This document shows, piece by piece, positions 1-11,947 of a DNA stretch of 64,000 nt. Position 1 is the stretch's first letter; every line of letters starts with the position of its first letter. The notes below the pieces were generated by a model. The model worked only from the letters and a program-made list of their open reading frames with translations, made no database searches and had not been told where the DNA came from. Source of the stretch: Azolla caroliniana (Eukaryota; Plantae; Polypodiophyta); assembly GCA_043228905.1 (NCBI GenBank), contig JBHGNT010000002.1:27776001-27840000 (forward strand). The letters run 5' to 3'. The translations under genes were made by a program, and so were the position numbers.

Positions 1-640
1 AACTCCATGTCCCAAGAGTTCAATGCTTTCTTTATGGACAGAGGTATTATCCATCAATGCATGAATCCATACACACCACAACAAAACAGTTTGGTGTAAG
101 AAAGAAAAGATCTCTGATGGAGATGGCAAGATGCATGCTCGATGGTAAGAACGTACCTCACAGTTTTTTGTTGGAAGCTGTAATCTGTGCAAACTATGCT
201 CCAAAATGTTGTGGTTGAAGGTGATCGACTAACCCAACCTCATGGAAGTAATGTGCAGGTTTTGCATCAGCAACAGAATGCTCTAAATAGAGATGTAGAG
301 CAGCCAAACAATGCTCAAATGGATCTCTTGCAACAGTTCCAATGTGGTTGAAAATGAGCAACAAAACATTGCTGATAGTAATGTTGATTTACAGGTCATT
401 AATCAACCTGATGTTGACATGGAATTGGAGGAAGAATAAGCCTATTCTAAGAAAACAAGAAAAAACAGTCCCTAAATTGCTGATTAACACCCTTATGGGC
501 AGCAAACTCACATTTCCTCTTCAAGGTGAAATCCAGTCAGCCAATCAGCAAGCTAAACTGCAGCATGTGCATCATGCTCTTATCGCTGAAATTTGTGATG
601 AGGAGCCACTCTCGCACTTTAGGAAAAATCAATAGACAAG
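1..640 (+). mobile_element. Ty1/copia integrase relic
   Basis: Translation from base 1 gives SQEFNAFFMDRGIIHQCMNPYTPQQNSLV*, then after a frameshift RSLMEMARCML. This matches the copia integrase core (GI.HQ...PYTPQQNG.AER.NR.L.EMAR.ML) and carries stops and frameshifts. Confidence 0.8.
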
Positions 641-719
641 GAAAACGAGCTTGTGATTACAATGATGTAGAATGGTGTAGAACTACATGTAGCTGGAAAC
701 CAAACAATAACCTAACAAG

Positions 720-1760
720 GTCCACACCATTCTAACTATGTTCACACCAAAGCTTTTATAGGATGGATACACATTAAGTGTAACATGAATGACATAAGAA
801 GCATTAATGACTCAGGTACTTGTGCACCATTTATAGGAGCATCCTCAAGACTAACAAAGAAATTCCTGCAAGAGGTCATTTGCATCACCACCAAAATACC
901 AAACATTATTAGACTCACTTACCAATAAGCATGTGTCATGCTATGAAGGATCACACACAATGTAAATGAAGAGTGCCTACTTATGTTGAACAATGGATGA
1001 TTCTTTCTTTAGACCAGTAGACGTGGTAACACAAAACTTGGTTTGTTTTTTCTGCTCTTCTCTTATTTTCCTCTTTTGACATTCACAAATGTCATGTCGT
1101 CATTTATAACAATAGTTGAATTGTTTCTCCTTCTTGCCATGCATAGTTAAGGCATCCTTGCTTTTGATTGAAAAATTGTTATGCTTTTGTCCATGTTTGG
1201 CTTTGAATTTGAAGTGAAAATCAAAGCTTGATCACCACTTATGAGAACATCTTGTTTTGCATGAGAGGATTACTGTAAGGAATGGGAGACTAGCTCATCA
1301 AAGTTGTAACTATCTTTTACTCTTTTAAGGAACCTTATTATAGTGGAAAATCATTGATATGAATAAGGATGAGCTGCAAGAACCTTGGAAAACAATTGCT
1401 TGCCTAAAATAACTTCAAATGATATTGACTAGTTGTTTCTTGAGGTCTTTGATCTTCGACAACAATGCATCCATGGTATCACCTTCTTGCATCTTTGTAT
1501 AATCATGTTTCCACTAAAGCATGATAACTCTGGCTTCACTCTGTTGAGCATAGAGATTTTTTAATATACCCCATGCACCTTTCAAAGTGGCACACGATAA
1601 GATATGTAGAGCAACATGTTGCTTTACTAACAATGCAATGAGAGTGTGAGCTAAAGCATCCTTGACATCCCACTTAAGCTGTGAAAGAGTGGCTCTATGC
1701 AAATGTAACTTTGTATTCAGGTGAGAAATTAATCTACTTGCTATAGATGTTGAAAACGAA
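720..1760 (-). mobile_element. Ty1/copia gag-protease relic, opposite orientation to the integrase relic
   Basis: Minus strand: gag-like KWDVKDALAHTLIALLV...AWGILKNLYAQQSEARV (ORF 1514-1702); degenerate zinc knuckle YCYK*RHDICEC near 1080-1115; protease-like NVWYFGG..MTSCRNFFVSL near 850-915. Confidence 0.7.
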
Positions 1761-2220
1761 AATTGCCAATGCTTTGGCTGCTCTAAATCTGTCTGCCTAT
1801 GTGCTTCAGTAATTAAGATTTTGCAAGAATGCTCAAAGCACCAGTTTGTAAGAATGAGTTCTAAAAGACTACTCGGCTATTTTAAAAACTGGTTATTATT
1901 TAATTAATGGTTGGCTACCATAACCAAGACACCATGAAGTGGGAAGACCAACAATTATAGCCAAGAAATCATGAAATGGAAGACCAATTGTTACAGCCAA
2001 AAAATCATTGAGTGGTGTTAAGGACATAGCCTTATGAACAAACAAAGATACTCCCCAGTGAGATCCAAAGGTTAAAAACGGAACATTTTCCATATGACAT
2101 ATAAATAGACACATTTAAGATACTATAGTAATGTATTTAAAACATAGTATCACAATTTGAAATGCCAATAAACAAACATACAAAACAACTTTTTGATGAC
2201 AAGAATACAAAAGGAAAAAC

Positions 2221-3152
2221 CTGAATGGCTCCTTCATTAGCTCTTTGTTGGGTTATTTCTCGTTCTTCAATACTTTCAGACACATCCTTCTCTTCTTTTC
2301 TTTTACCACAAGACCACGACCAGTCTTGATCTCCATCAGATTCCTTTGGAGGTGGTACATAAAGCACAGAAGGACCCCCCGAATACCCATGTTTGCTTAA
2401 AGCCACAAAATCCAAGGAATGTTTCTTCTTTATCTCCACTGGAAAAATAAATCATAAAAGTAAAAATCTGAATTAAAGTAGAATAATGAAAGAAAAGCCA
2501 GGACTAGTTAAGTTAATTGCATATATATCCAAAAACAGAAAGGAAGGAGAAAAACATGAATAAGAGTAAGATATAAAGGTAAAAAGAAAATATATAGTTA
2601 GCTTAAGTTGATTATATATATATCCAAAAATCTTAAATGAAAATTAAACAAACATAAAAAAAGGGAAGATAAAAAAGAAAATTTAGAGTTAATTTAAGTT
2701 AGTTATGCCTTTGCTCTGAGAATTTCTGGTATGATTTCTTCTTGTGATGGATTGGTATACAGTATACACAAAATTAGGACTAGCTGCATATTAAACTAAA
2801 GGTTAAAAAAACTTGAATGGAAGTAAGTAAAAAGAATTAGAAATAGTTAAGCTGATTACATGCATACAGAAAAGGAAGAAAAAGAAACTAGTCAACAAAA
2901 AATTAGGGTTAGTTAAGTTAGTTAAAATATATCTCAAAAATGGAAGGACAAGAAACTACTAAACAATTTAGGATCAGAATTTACGCTAGGCATACCTTTG
3001 TTCTGAGATTTTCTGGTTATAGTTTCATCTTGGGATGGATCCGGATCATCATCATCTTCTTCTTTTCCTTTTTCTTCTTCGTCCTCTGAAGAAGAGGAAT
3101 CCGAATTTGAATGAACAGAGAGAGGATCCATCATACTCCATGGCCCCGTCAT
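2221..3152 (-). CDS. Uncharacterised plant protein with acidic N-terminus; exons 3152-2996 and 2438-2221, optional 2783-2709; 3' end unresolved
   Basis: ATG ORF MTGPWSMMDPLSVHSNSDSSSSEDEEE, donor AAG|GTATG at 2996, phase-compatible acceptor TTTTCCAG at 2439, then VEIKKKHSLDFVALSKHGYSGGPSVLYVPPPKESDGDQDWSWSCGK. This resembles a conserved plant family (DF.ALSRHGY.GG.SVL.VPPP...DWSWS.GK), recalled from memory and not searched. Confidence 0.65.
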
Positions 3153-3749
3153 GACTCCGCTTTTCTTTTTTTCTGCGCAAAGGGTGTCCTAAATTTATCT
3201 TTCTTCTAAATTCATGCAGTTGTTCATTAAAGAAGAAGAAGAAGAAGAAGAAGAAGAAGGAACAGAGTATATTATAGATAATTTATTGGCGTCTCTAAAG
3301 AAGCCAAGCTTGGCTTAAGCCTTAGCCCATGAAGAATACCAAACCAATAGACTCCATATCGCCGGCCTGGGCTCTTCTATTTGCCTGTCCGGTTGTTCGA
3401 GAACATGAAAATTAATGTACACAAAATAGAGATTAAAAAAACGGGGAAGATTAGTCTTGATCATACTTTCGTGCCATGTTGCTTGCAGCGTCTCATAGCC
3501 CTAAGTTATCTAACTCTCTCAAACAGAATCCCTTTAGTTCGCCTTTATTCACCTCTCGTGCACTCTGGTTAGGCTTCACTCTAGTATGTGGCAGAGGCAC
3601 ATTAGTGTCAATGCTCTTACACCCTTCTAATGGGTGTGGGAGTACCCTATATTTCAATATAATTGATCCCTGCCTATATAGATGCCATGCAAGTTGACCC
3701 AAGTACTTACATTTGCATATAAACATTCTTTATGATTGATTTTTGTTAG

Positions 3750-6400
3750 TCACATCAGGAAGTGAGAGAAAATTGTGTGTACTTATCGTGTGGAAAATTG
3801 TAGCACAATGTATCTACAGAAGTGATTGTTTGGAATTGAGCTTCGACTACCATGGGTGTTGCCCCGAAATTTTCCTAGATGATCTCAGGTGGCATTGATG
3901 GCGTTGCTCATATAATTCATGATATTAACATTGGCCTAATATTATACTTCAATTTTTTATGTATTTCCTTAATAAGTGCCTAACAGGGTTTCCTTTATTT
4001 CCTTACATGCCCTTGGCCCTCCTCGCGTAAGTTTGTCATTCAAGAAATGATAAGGTATGAACATCCACTTTTTCTCTACCAAGGGTTGATTGGGGAAATT
4101 TGAGGAAATCATATGAACTCAAGGTTATTTGGGGAAATGAGAAAAAACTAAGAAGTATTTCAAGTCTTTCACTATTGAGTAGTAGGGAAACATGGGTGAA
4201 CAAACCAAAGAGAAGATTTATTTTCTTCTTCTACGAAGATTACTTCATAATATTCTAATGGGATTCATGTAAACTTTTGTTCTTGTTTTGTAGCGTCGAG
4301 TTATAGATCTTGATAGGAGGGTCTCAAGCAAACACTACTCACTTCGCCAAAGGTAGTTTGAATTTCATACCACCTCTCAAATTTATAAGGAGTAGTGTAC
4401 ATCTTAGTTCTTCTTTCCCTAAGAGCATGAAAGAGTTCTTTTTATTAAAGAAACTTAAAGTTGGATCTCTTTCTAGCTCATGCAACATACCCATCCTCTC
4501 ATTATCATCATCGTCGTTGCTATATCCATCACTTGTTGTAATCATTCATTGCGTTGTGTTGCAAGTTGGTGTTGTTGCTCTTGTTACTTAATCTACAAGT
4601 CAAGTTGGTGGACATTGCCTATACCTCATTTCATCTTCATGGTGTTGTTATGGTTAAACGTGGATGATACCTTGGCCCTTATAATTCAATAATGGGAATG
4701 TTCATGAGTTGCCTAATGAGGGTAAGAGGCCTTCATGATTCATATGATGAGGCCAAAGAAGAGATTATTGAATGGACCTTTGAGAAGATGTGGACAACAT
4801 TCTAAGATAGGCTACGAGACGAATTTCAAGTTGTCAACGTGGTGTATGGGAAAGCCATAAGTTGAGAATTTGAACATGGGTTTGATTTGTTTTTCCATAA
4901 TATTTGTTTGTGTACTTTAAGACAATATCAAAGACAAATGACAATTAGTACAATGGCACAAAAGGCCTTCTATTCTCAAGCATGATGTATTGAGATCTTG
5001 AACTGCTCTTTTATTTTCTTACTCTTGCTTCTTTATTGTTTCCTTTCATCTTCTATTCAAGTTGTTGTCATAAAAGTGAGAGAACCAAAGTTCGATCCTT
5101 GCCATAGGCTAGGCCCTCTCTCATAGATTGCAATAGGTTACCCATGGATGTTAAAAAGATATTTATCTATCTATCCAACTCATGCTTCAACTCCATGATG
5201 TGTATTCATGTTCCCAACCTTTTTTGGGACACTTGTAGTTTGGATGTACATATATGACACAACAATACATGTGCAAGTGAGATTAGGCTAGTTATCAAAG
5301 GACCACTCCTATAGGGGTATTTTAGAGGTGACTTATTATCCATGGGCCCCTACATGTCTGTCTATTTGGTGGGCACATGCATAGAGACAATTTATATATT
5401 TAAATGTCAATTGATGAAAACAAGCCATATTCCACCCTATGGACAAATGGGCAACAAAGGTCACTATACTTGGGCATAGAAACCTTCGTTCCTAGACTTC
5501 GAAATTAGTTTCAAGGTTGATGTTGACAATGTCGTTATATTTCCTTAATATAGATAGGCGTGTTCGCACCCTACATTAAGACCCCAAGCTCTTGGTTTAC
5601 CTACATGTTTTCCCAATCCTTGTTTCAATTTTCAAAGCTTTTCCAAAAGACTCTTCATAATTTCTTAATTACGACATGTTTATCTTAATCACTTCAATTA
5701 ATGATTTCTGGACAAATATTTAATGTATGGTTTCTTAAAGCTTCTTATTTGAAGTGGTGCAAGGACCATTTTCTATAGATATTCAATATTCCAATAAACC
5801 ATATAGGCATAATGGATTGATGACCTTAGATTTTGACTAATATGCAATGCCTTAACACGCATGAGTTTCCTCGTAGAAAACTTGGATTTTCATATGAATT
5901 AATATTGCAATATGAAAACCGCTAGTAACTCTACTCTGCATGCCAAGAAGCTCAAATGGCAAAAGAATATATTGCCTTGCTTAACAAGTTAGAACAAAAA
6001 TCTAGGTCCTACTTTAATCAACATTTGGGGATGACTAAACTAGAAGATCCCATGTTTAGAAAAGTTAAGGATTCTTTGCATCCTAGATTTATGTTAGAGG
6101 GAGATCATACGAGACGGTTCAAATGAGCTAAAGAATAGAATCATCACTCCACAAGCAAAGTTATTTTTGTAAGCCTAAAAGAGATTGTGCAACTAAACAT
6201 ACATGTGTTCTTTATTCTAGTTTGATGCGTAATGGACAAACATTTGTCTTACATATGTCAAAGGTGATCAATGCTTGAAAGGTATAGCCTTTGCTCCTTT
6301 ATAACTGTGAATGCATAACCCAAACCCATTGCAACATAATGGCATGTGCGAGTGTCAACCATTATGGTATCATGGCAATGTATCAAGTGGTGGACTTGGG
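3750..6400. mobile_element. Highly degenerate LTR-retrotransposon (probably Ty3/gypsy) relics
   Basis: Short gag/pol-like peptide remnants only (e.g. EIIEWTFEKMWTTF*DRLRDEF near 4770 and a possible zinc-knuckle remnant near 4610), with many stops. No intact domain. Confidence 0.3.
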
Positions 6401-6585
6401 AAATAAGTCGAGAATTCAACCGAAAACCTTAATTTATGAATTAAAGCACTCAACATAAGGAAACATGAACTTTTATAGCTAGAAATGCATAAATTTCTAA
6501 AGGCAATATAGTTTTTGTGAAATTCAATATCTAACCAAATGTTTGTGTTTACAATAATGATTGTCGTGAACAAGAGCTTTTGATT

Positions 6586-7369
6586 TGGAAATGGATTTGT
6601 GTTTTAGGGGACCAACAAAATACACTCTCTTCACATGGCTTTTGTTACATGCAACACTGCCGGTAGGTCAAGCTTTGAAAGGAAACGTGGCACCCGTTCT
6701 TAGACAATGTAGTTATTGTGGTGACTTGCAGGAAACTACCAAGCATGCTCTCTAGTCCTGTTCACTAGCTCAACAGGTATGGAATAAAGTTCTTTCTTTA
6801 TTCCTGACAATTAATGTAGGTTGCCTATTCTCCTGGGGATCAACGGTATGGGGGGTTCTCCATTCCAGTCTATTATTGTATGAGGCAAATGATGCTCTAG
6901 AGGCTAAGACTGTCATCAACATGCATCTAATATCTGTCTCGCCTTTTCAGCTGCCTCGAAAGCAAATGCGTGCAGCCCAAGTATGGAAAACAGTACCCAC
7001 GGTTACATTATGGACCTTATGGAAGTATCGATGTAAAAGACGATATGATTCCATAGTACCCCTTCTCTCAGATATATTGCTAGAATTATGGGACAACTTA
7101 CTGGCAGTAGTGCGTGGGCAGTATGATAATATGTCGGGCCCTTCGGAGGTTGTTCTTAAGAAAAGGAAAAAATTACTACAATTATGGAGGAAGTTGCCTC
7201 TATTCACGATCTCCTCTCAAGGGCCAATCTAGAAGTATCATCATCCTTGACCCTTCCCTTGATTATCCTTTTTTGTATATAATACTCTCTAAATTGTACA
7301 GTTTGTTGCCTTATGGCGTTTTTTTTTCTTAATACTGATGAAGGAAATCTTTTTGGAAAAAAAAAAAAA
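6586..7369 (+). mobile_element. 5'-truncated L1-type LINE insertion with poly(A) tail and 15-bp TSD
   Basis: zf-RVT motif CSYCGDLQETTKHAL*SCSLAQQVW, then TLWTLWKYRCKRRY; A-run 7357-7369; identical flanking direct repeat CAAGAGCTTTTGATT at 6571-6585 and 7370-7384. Confidence 0.9.
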
Positions 7370-7811
7370 CAAGAGCTTTTGATTATCTTCATAACATTTG
7401 GTGATAAACAAGAGACTAGTATTCATCTTCATAAAGTTTGGTGAACTAAAATTTCGTTTTCTTTACTAGTTATCATTGCTTATACACCATGTGAGAAATG
7501 CGCTACATCATCCTTAGGTATTCATCATGAAAATACATGTATATTATGATTGGATACATTGTACATAAACTAGACCTACTTATAGTAGGTCATATTTTCA
7601 TCTGAGAGCCAAGAATGGTTTTCAAATATAATACTCAACATGCGAAAATTATCCATGTTGCTTAAGGTTGACAAAGATGTTGTTACCAATATCATAAGCT
7701 TGATATATATCTTACAAAAGCATGTTTGTGTACATGGATTAAATATGACAACCAACTATCAAATAGATTGAAGTTGTAATTCAAATTAAAATGATTTACC
7801 ATCTGTAGGGA

Positions 7812-9467
7812 TTAGGTCTTCACAATTCGAATTATCATTGCAGATCGTGCAAACTTCCTGTAGCAATTAACGCAAATTAGAGAACGGTGCATGAGAAACA
7901 TAGAATACTAGTAGTGTGTACTTGTGCACTGGTATTTATTGATAACAACACTTACTCCCATGGCGTGTCTCCTACAAGCATCCAATTTCCATCTCTAGCC
8001 TTGTAAGTGAGGAAGTAAGAGATGCCACGAAATTTCACAAAATGTGGAGATCTTCCCTGTCTTGATGGTAATGTCGACAAGTTGAGCAACATTCGACCTA
8101 CATTTAAATCCAAATGACAAATAAACAATTGGCATAAAGCTACAAACCTCTATGCAAAGTTAATGCGAGTTAGTTTTATTGAAGTGCCGATGCTTACGCT
8201 TGTAGAACTTCATGAAGAGTTTGTGGATCGCGATAGATAGATGATGGTATCCTTGCATATTGTTTAGATCCAACTTTCGGACAATGGGGGCATCATCCAT
8301 GCTAACCTTGATCCTTATATATTTGGACCTTCTACAACATCGAGGATTGCGTTTATGTTCTGAGGCACTCAATGTGTCATACTTCTCAATGTTATCATCA
8401 TCATGATTGTGATATTGTTTAGCATGCTCATTGACATTGTTTTGGTTGTGATTATCGTAAAAGACATCATCATAATTGGGATCATGATTATCGTTGTGTG
8501 GCACATGTTCTATGTGTTCGACAAGTCTGCATGAATTGGAGAGTGTGTTCGTGGTTGTCTTGCGATGCGAGGTTATCGGAGGCCAACCCACATTGCCCCT
8601 ACATTTACAATATTAGTCACACAAAGAGTTTGAATGAGTGTCAATCATTAGTGTGAATTTAAAAAAGTATCACTGATTTAATGGAGTAGGATGATGGAAC
8701 AGAAATTCACTCATTGGAAACATTAATTCATGAAGCTAAACATTTGATCAAATGCTAGACTCGTTGGGGGTTAAGTTAATTAGGTTTACATTGGGGGTTC
8801 AAATCTCGGTTCCTTTCGATATTCGGATTCATCATCCGGGGGAATAACCAGTTAGCATGAATAATCACTTTGAAGAATGAAGCGTTTTGAATTGCCGGGG
8901 ATTAATCTACTTAGTTAATTAAAATTTTGAATCATCCGTGATTAGCGAAGGATGCCATTAACTATCGAAGTAATTAGGAAGCACAACTTGTTAGCAGATG
9001 CTTCAAGACAAATATTAAGAACATTGAGGGAAATTTTAGAAAATAAATAGATTAAGAAGAATTAAAATTTAAAGTAAGAAAAAAGAAAAAGATTCATACT
9101 CTTGGCGCTGGAATACTGGGTTTTTCCCACAGGTATCGTGAGGAGGAGGATCATTATCAGAAGATGATGGAAAAGAAGAAGAGCCGAGGGAAGAAATCCT
9201 CTTAAATACAGGACATGAATTAAATCTCAAGATATGCGTCTCTTTTAAAGGATTGGAGTTCGAAATGAAGACATTAGAATTGGGATTAGGGTTAGAATCA
9301 GAGCTAGAATATAAGAATTCAGGGTTAGGGTTAGGGTTAGGGTTAGGGCTAGAATCTAAGGTAGGGTAGGAGAAATTAAGGATAGGGCTAGGGTTAGGGT
9401 CAGGGTGAGGGTTAGAATCAATGATATGGTTGGAGAAGTTAGGGTTTGGGATCAAGAAGGAGATCAT
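7812..9467 (-). CDS. Divergent Aux/IAA protein; exons 9467-9100, 8598-8198, 8097-7956, 7857-7812
   Basis: All introns are GT-AG and in phase. Degron VGWPPITSHRK; domain III IKVSMDDAPIVRKLDL; domain IV [23 protein letters not shown]..RIVKT*. The start ATG at 9467 is chosen; an in-frame upstream start at 9584 is also possible. Confidence 0.92.
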
Positions 9468-9744
9468 GATTTGGATTTGGTTGATCAATAGATGAGATGG
9501 AGAAACTAGAATGTTCCAAGGACAAGATGATATAAATTTTAATATATAATGATTGTATGAGATGAGGAATATATGTATGTACATATATGTATGTATAATG
9601 GTGGGGTTTTTTATTGGTTTTGTTTGTTGAGGTGGTGTATTACCATGGGGGTAAGCTTTAGTAATAATTATAGTAGAAGAAGTAGTAGTAGTTGTAACTA
9701 GGAATAGTGAGTTTAGAGTTAGTTGGTTGGTTAGTTAGTTGGTG

Positions 9745-10460
9745 TTAGCAGACAAGGAGTACAATCCAAGGCTTTCAAAAGACAGATAGGTGGGGAAGGG
9801 GAGGGGGAGACAAAAGGAAAAAGGGGGTCATGACAAGTTGTCCCAACATAACACATTATCCCTTGCCACTTGCTCCCTATGTGTATATAGTTGTAGTCCT
9901 TTTCCTTTTCCGCAAGGGCCCCCCCACCCACCCCTAGGATGATGTCCCTTGTCTCCTACAAACCACGTTGGTCCCATTCCTCTTCCAACTTGTCCCCCCT
10001 ATCCAAGTTTGTCCCCATCCATCCTTGTCTGCAATCACAAATTATCAGAGCCTTGCATATCCACCCATCCATCAATCCCCCCCACCCCCACCCACCCCAG
10101 CTCTCATTTTGATCCCCCCCCCCCCCCCCCCCTTATTTTTTCTTTCTTTTTTAGATGTTTCTTAAGTGTGAGCGAATCTTCCCCTCCCAATTATTGGCTT
10201 GAAACATTGTAATTTCCCCACATTATGTCTTTGAACCTCACAAGATAGAGCATGTCTGGCTTGGGGTGAGCCTGACAGATGGGAGCCTCTGTTGGAGAAG
10301 CTTGACATAACATTGAACATTATTGTAGAGTAACAACCCCTTGTCTCCCCCCCCCCCCCCTTTGGAAACCAACATCAGAGGTAGCTAGTTAAATGCTTCA
10401 CCTCACATGTAGAAGCCTATAATGTTTAACATTGTAGTGTAACGAACGTTTGTCCCCACC
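9745..10460. promoter_or_regulatory. Cluster of AuxRE-like TGTCNN elements upstream of the Aux/IAA
   Basis: GAGACA at 9807, TGTCTC at 9950 and 10342, TGTCCC at 9839, 9943, 9991, 10010 and 10451, TGTCTG/CAGACA at 9749, 10026 and 10253. TGTCNN is the established ARF-binding core. Confidence 0.6.
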
Positions 10461-11947
10461 CCACTTACCTAAGTATATTGAGCCTCACATACATAACTCA
10501 AAAAGTCGAACATTATAGGGAATAAAACATAAGCTCCTCTCCACATGGAAAAGTTTCCAAACCTCATGTGCAACTTGCTTAAACGTCACATTCTTTTTTC
10601 CACCAAACCTAGAATGTTATTTCCTAATGGATCTATGACTTTCTTTCTTTTGTAATAATTTCAGGGGACAAGAAAGTCCTTTGCAATGTGAAGAAGTTAG
10701 ATTCTAAAGGCCTAAGGGGTTTTTGTTGTAGGGATCATGTAATAATAAGTAAAACGACTACGCCGTTCAAACTAGAGAGGGTCACATCTTGCCCCCAAAA
10801 AATGGGATACCATTTGACAGAGATATGTTTGTTTATCAAAAGAAGAGAAACTCCTGCCTCTCACGGATATGCCGCTAAATCTTAAGTGCACTTGTCGTGG
10901 GTCATATTGCAATTGCTTTAGATAAAGAGTTGAGATGATGATGTCAGTGATTTTGTTCATAGGCCATGATATTGTGGAGTAGCTTATTGGTACATGTTTA
11001 TAAGTAGGAGTCCAACTCTCATTCTCGTTAACCTTCTAACCCAAATCCTACGATGCACTAACCGTAAACTTATTGTCGACGACCTTGTTGTCTCACCTAC
11101 ATCCTAACTAGCCCTTTAACTCATCAAGAACCACCAAATGCACTAGCATACCTACCTTCAAGATAAAATGTCATGATGTTTGCCTATGTCTAAGTTTATT
11201 AAAGTATATATTCAAGTGGGATTGTGGGTATATATCATATCCATAAGAGTATATTTCTGCATTGTGTGCTTTAGGTAGGAATTATCCCTCTAAAACCTTA
11301 TCACAATAAATCAACATGGTATTTCATCATTCCGATACTCAATTCGCATAGGTGTTCTATAATGCTCCAAATCATAGAATCTAACCACTCAACTGTGTTC
11401 GTAATATGTAGGGCACATGGTATCAAAATAAGAGATAAGTGCTTACATGATAACCACCATATTTTGAGTTCCATAATGCATTGTCATATATTCTTCACAT
11501 TGTTTTGGAATTTTCCTTAAAGTTTGTATTACATGTGTTTGTAAATTCTTTAAATGTTTTATCATTGATGAGATGTAAGCAACATATCATGCATGCTCAT
11601 GTAATTCACGTACTCACTCGCACTCTCTCTCACACACACATGATGATGGCATGTAGAGTTAAAGAAAGGACTTGACAACATGAATCCATGTTGTACATAT
11701 GTGGCCACACTCAAAAGCCATCTATGTTAAAGGGGGGGGGGGGGGGGGAATCAACATAGATCTAACTTCAACATGAGAAATTTCGGATGGTTAACCAAGG
11801 CCCAACTTCACGAAGCACACAGGCCCACACGTAACTGAAATAGAAATTGGTGTTTGAGAAATATCAAGTTGAAAACAAGAACATGTGATGCAAGTTTCCT
11901 TTGCGTACCATAAATATTAAAATGTGCCCTCTATCAAATGTCTTGTG

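Noticed and set aside
9321-9348. Interstitial telomere or chromosome-fusion site
   Set aside because: There are only about four perfect TTAGGG units (not plant TTTAGGG), and they lie in frame inside a coding exon.
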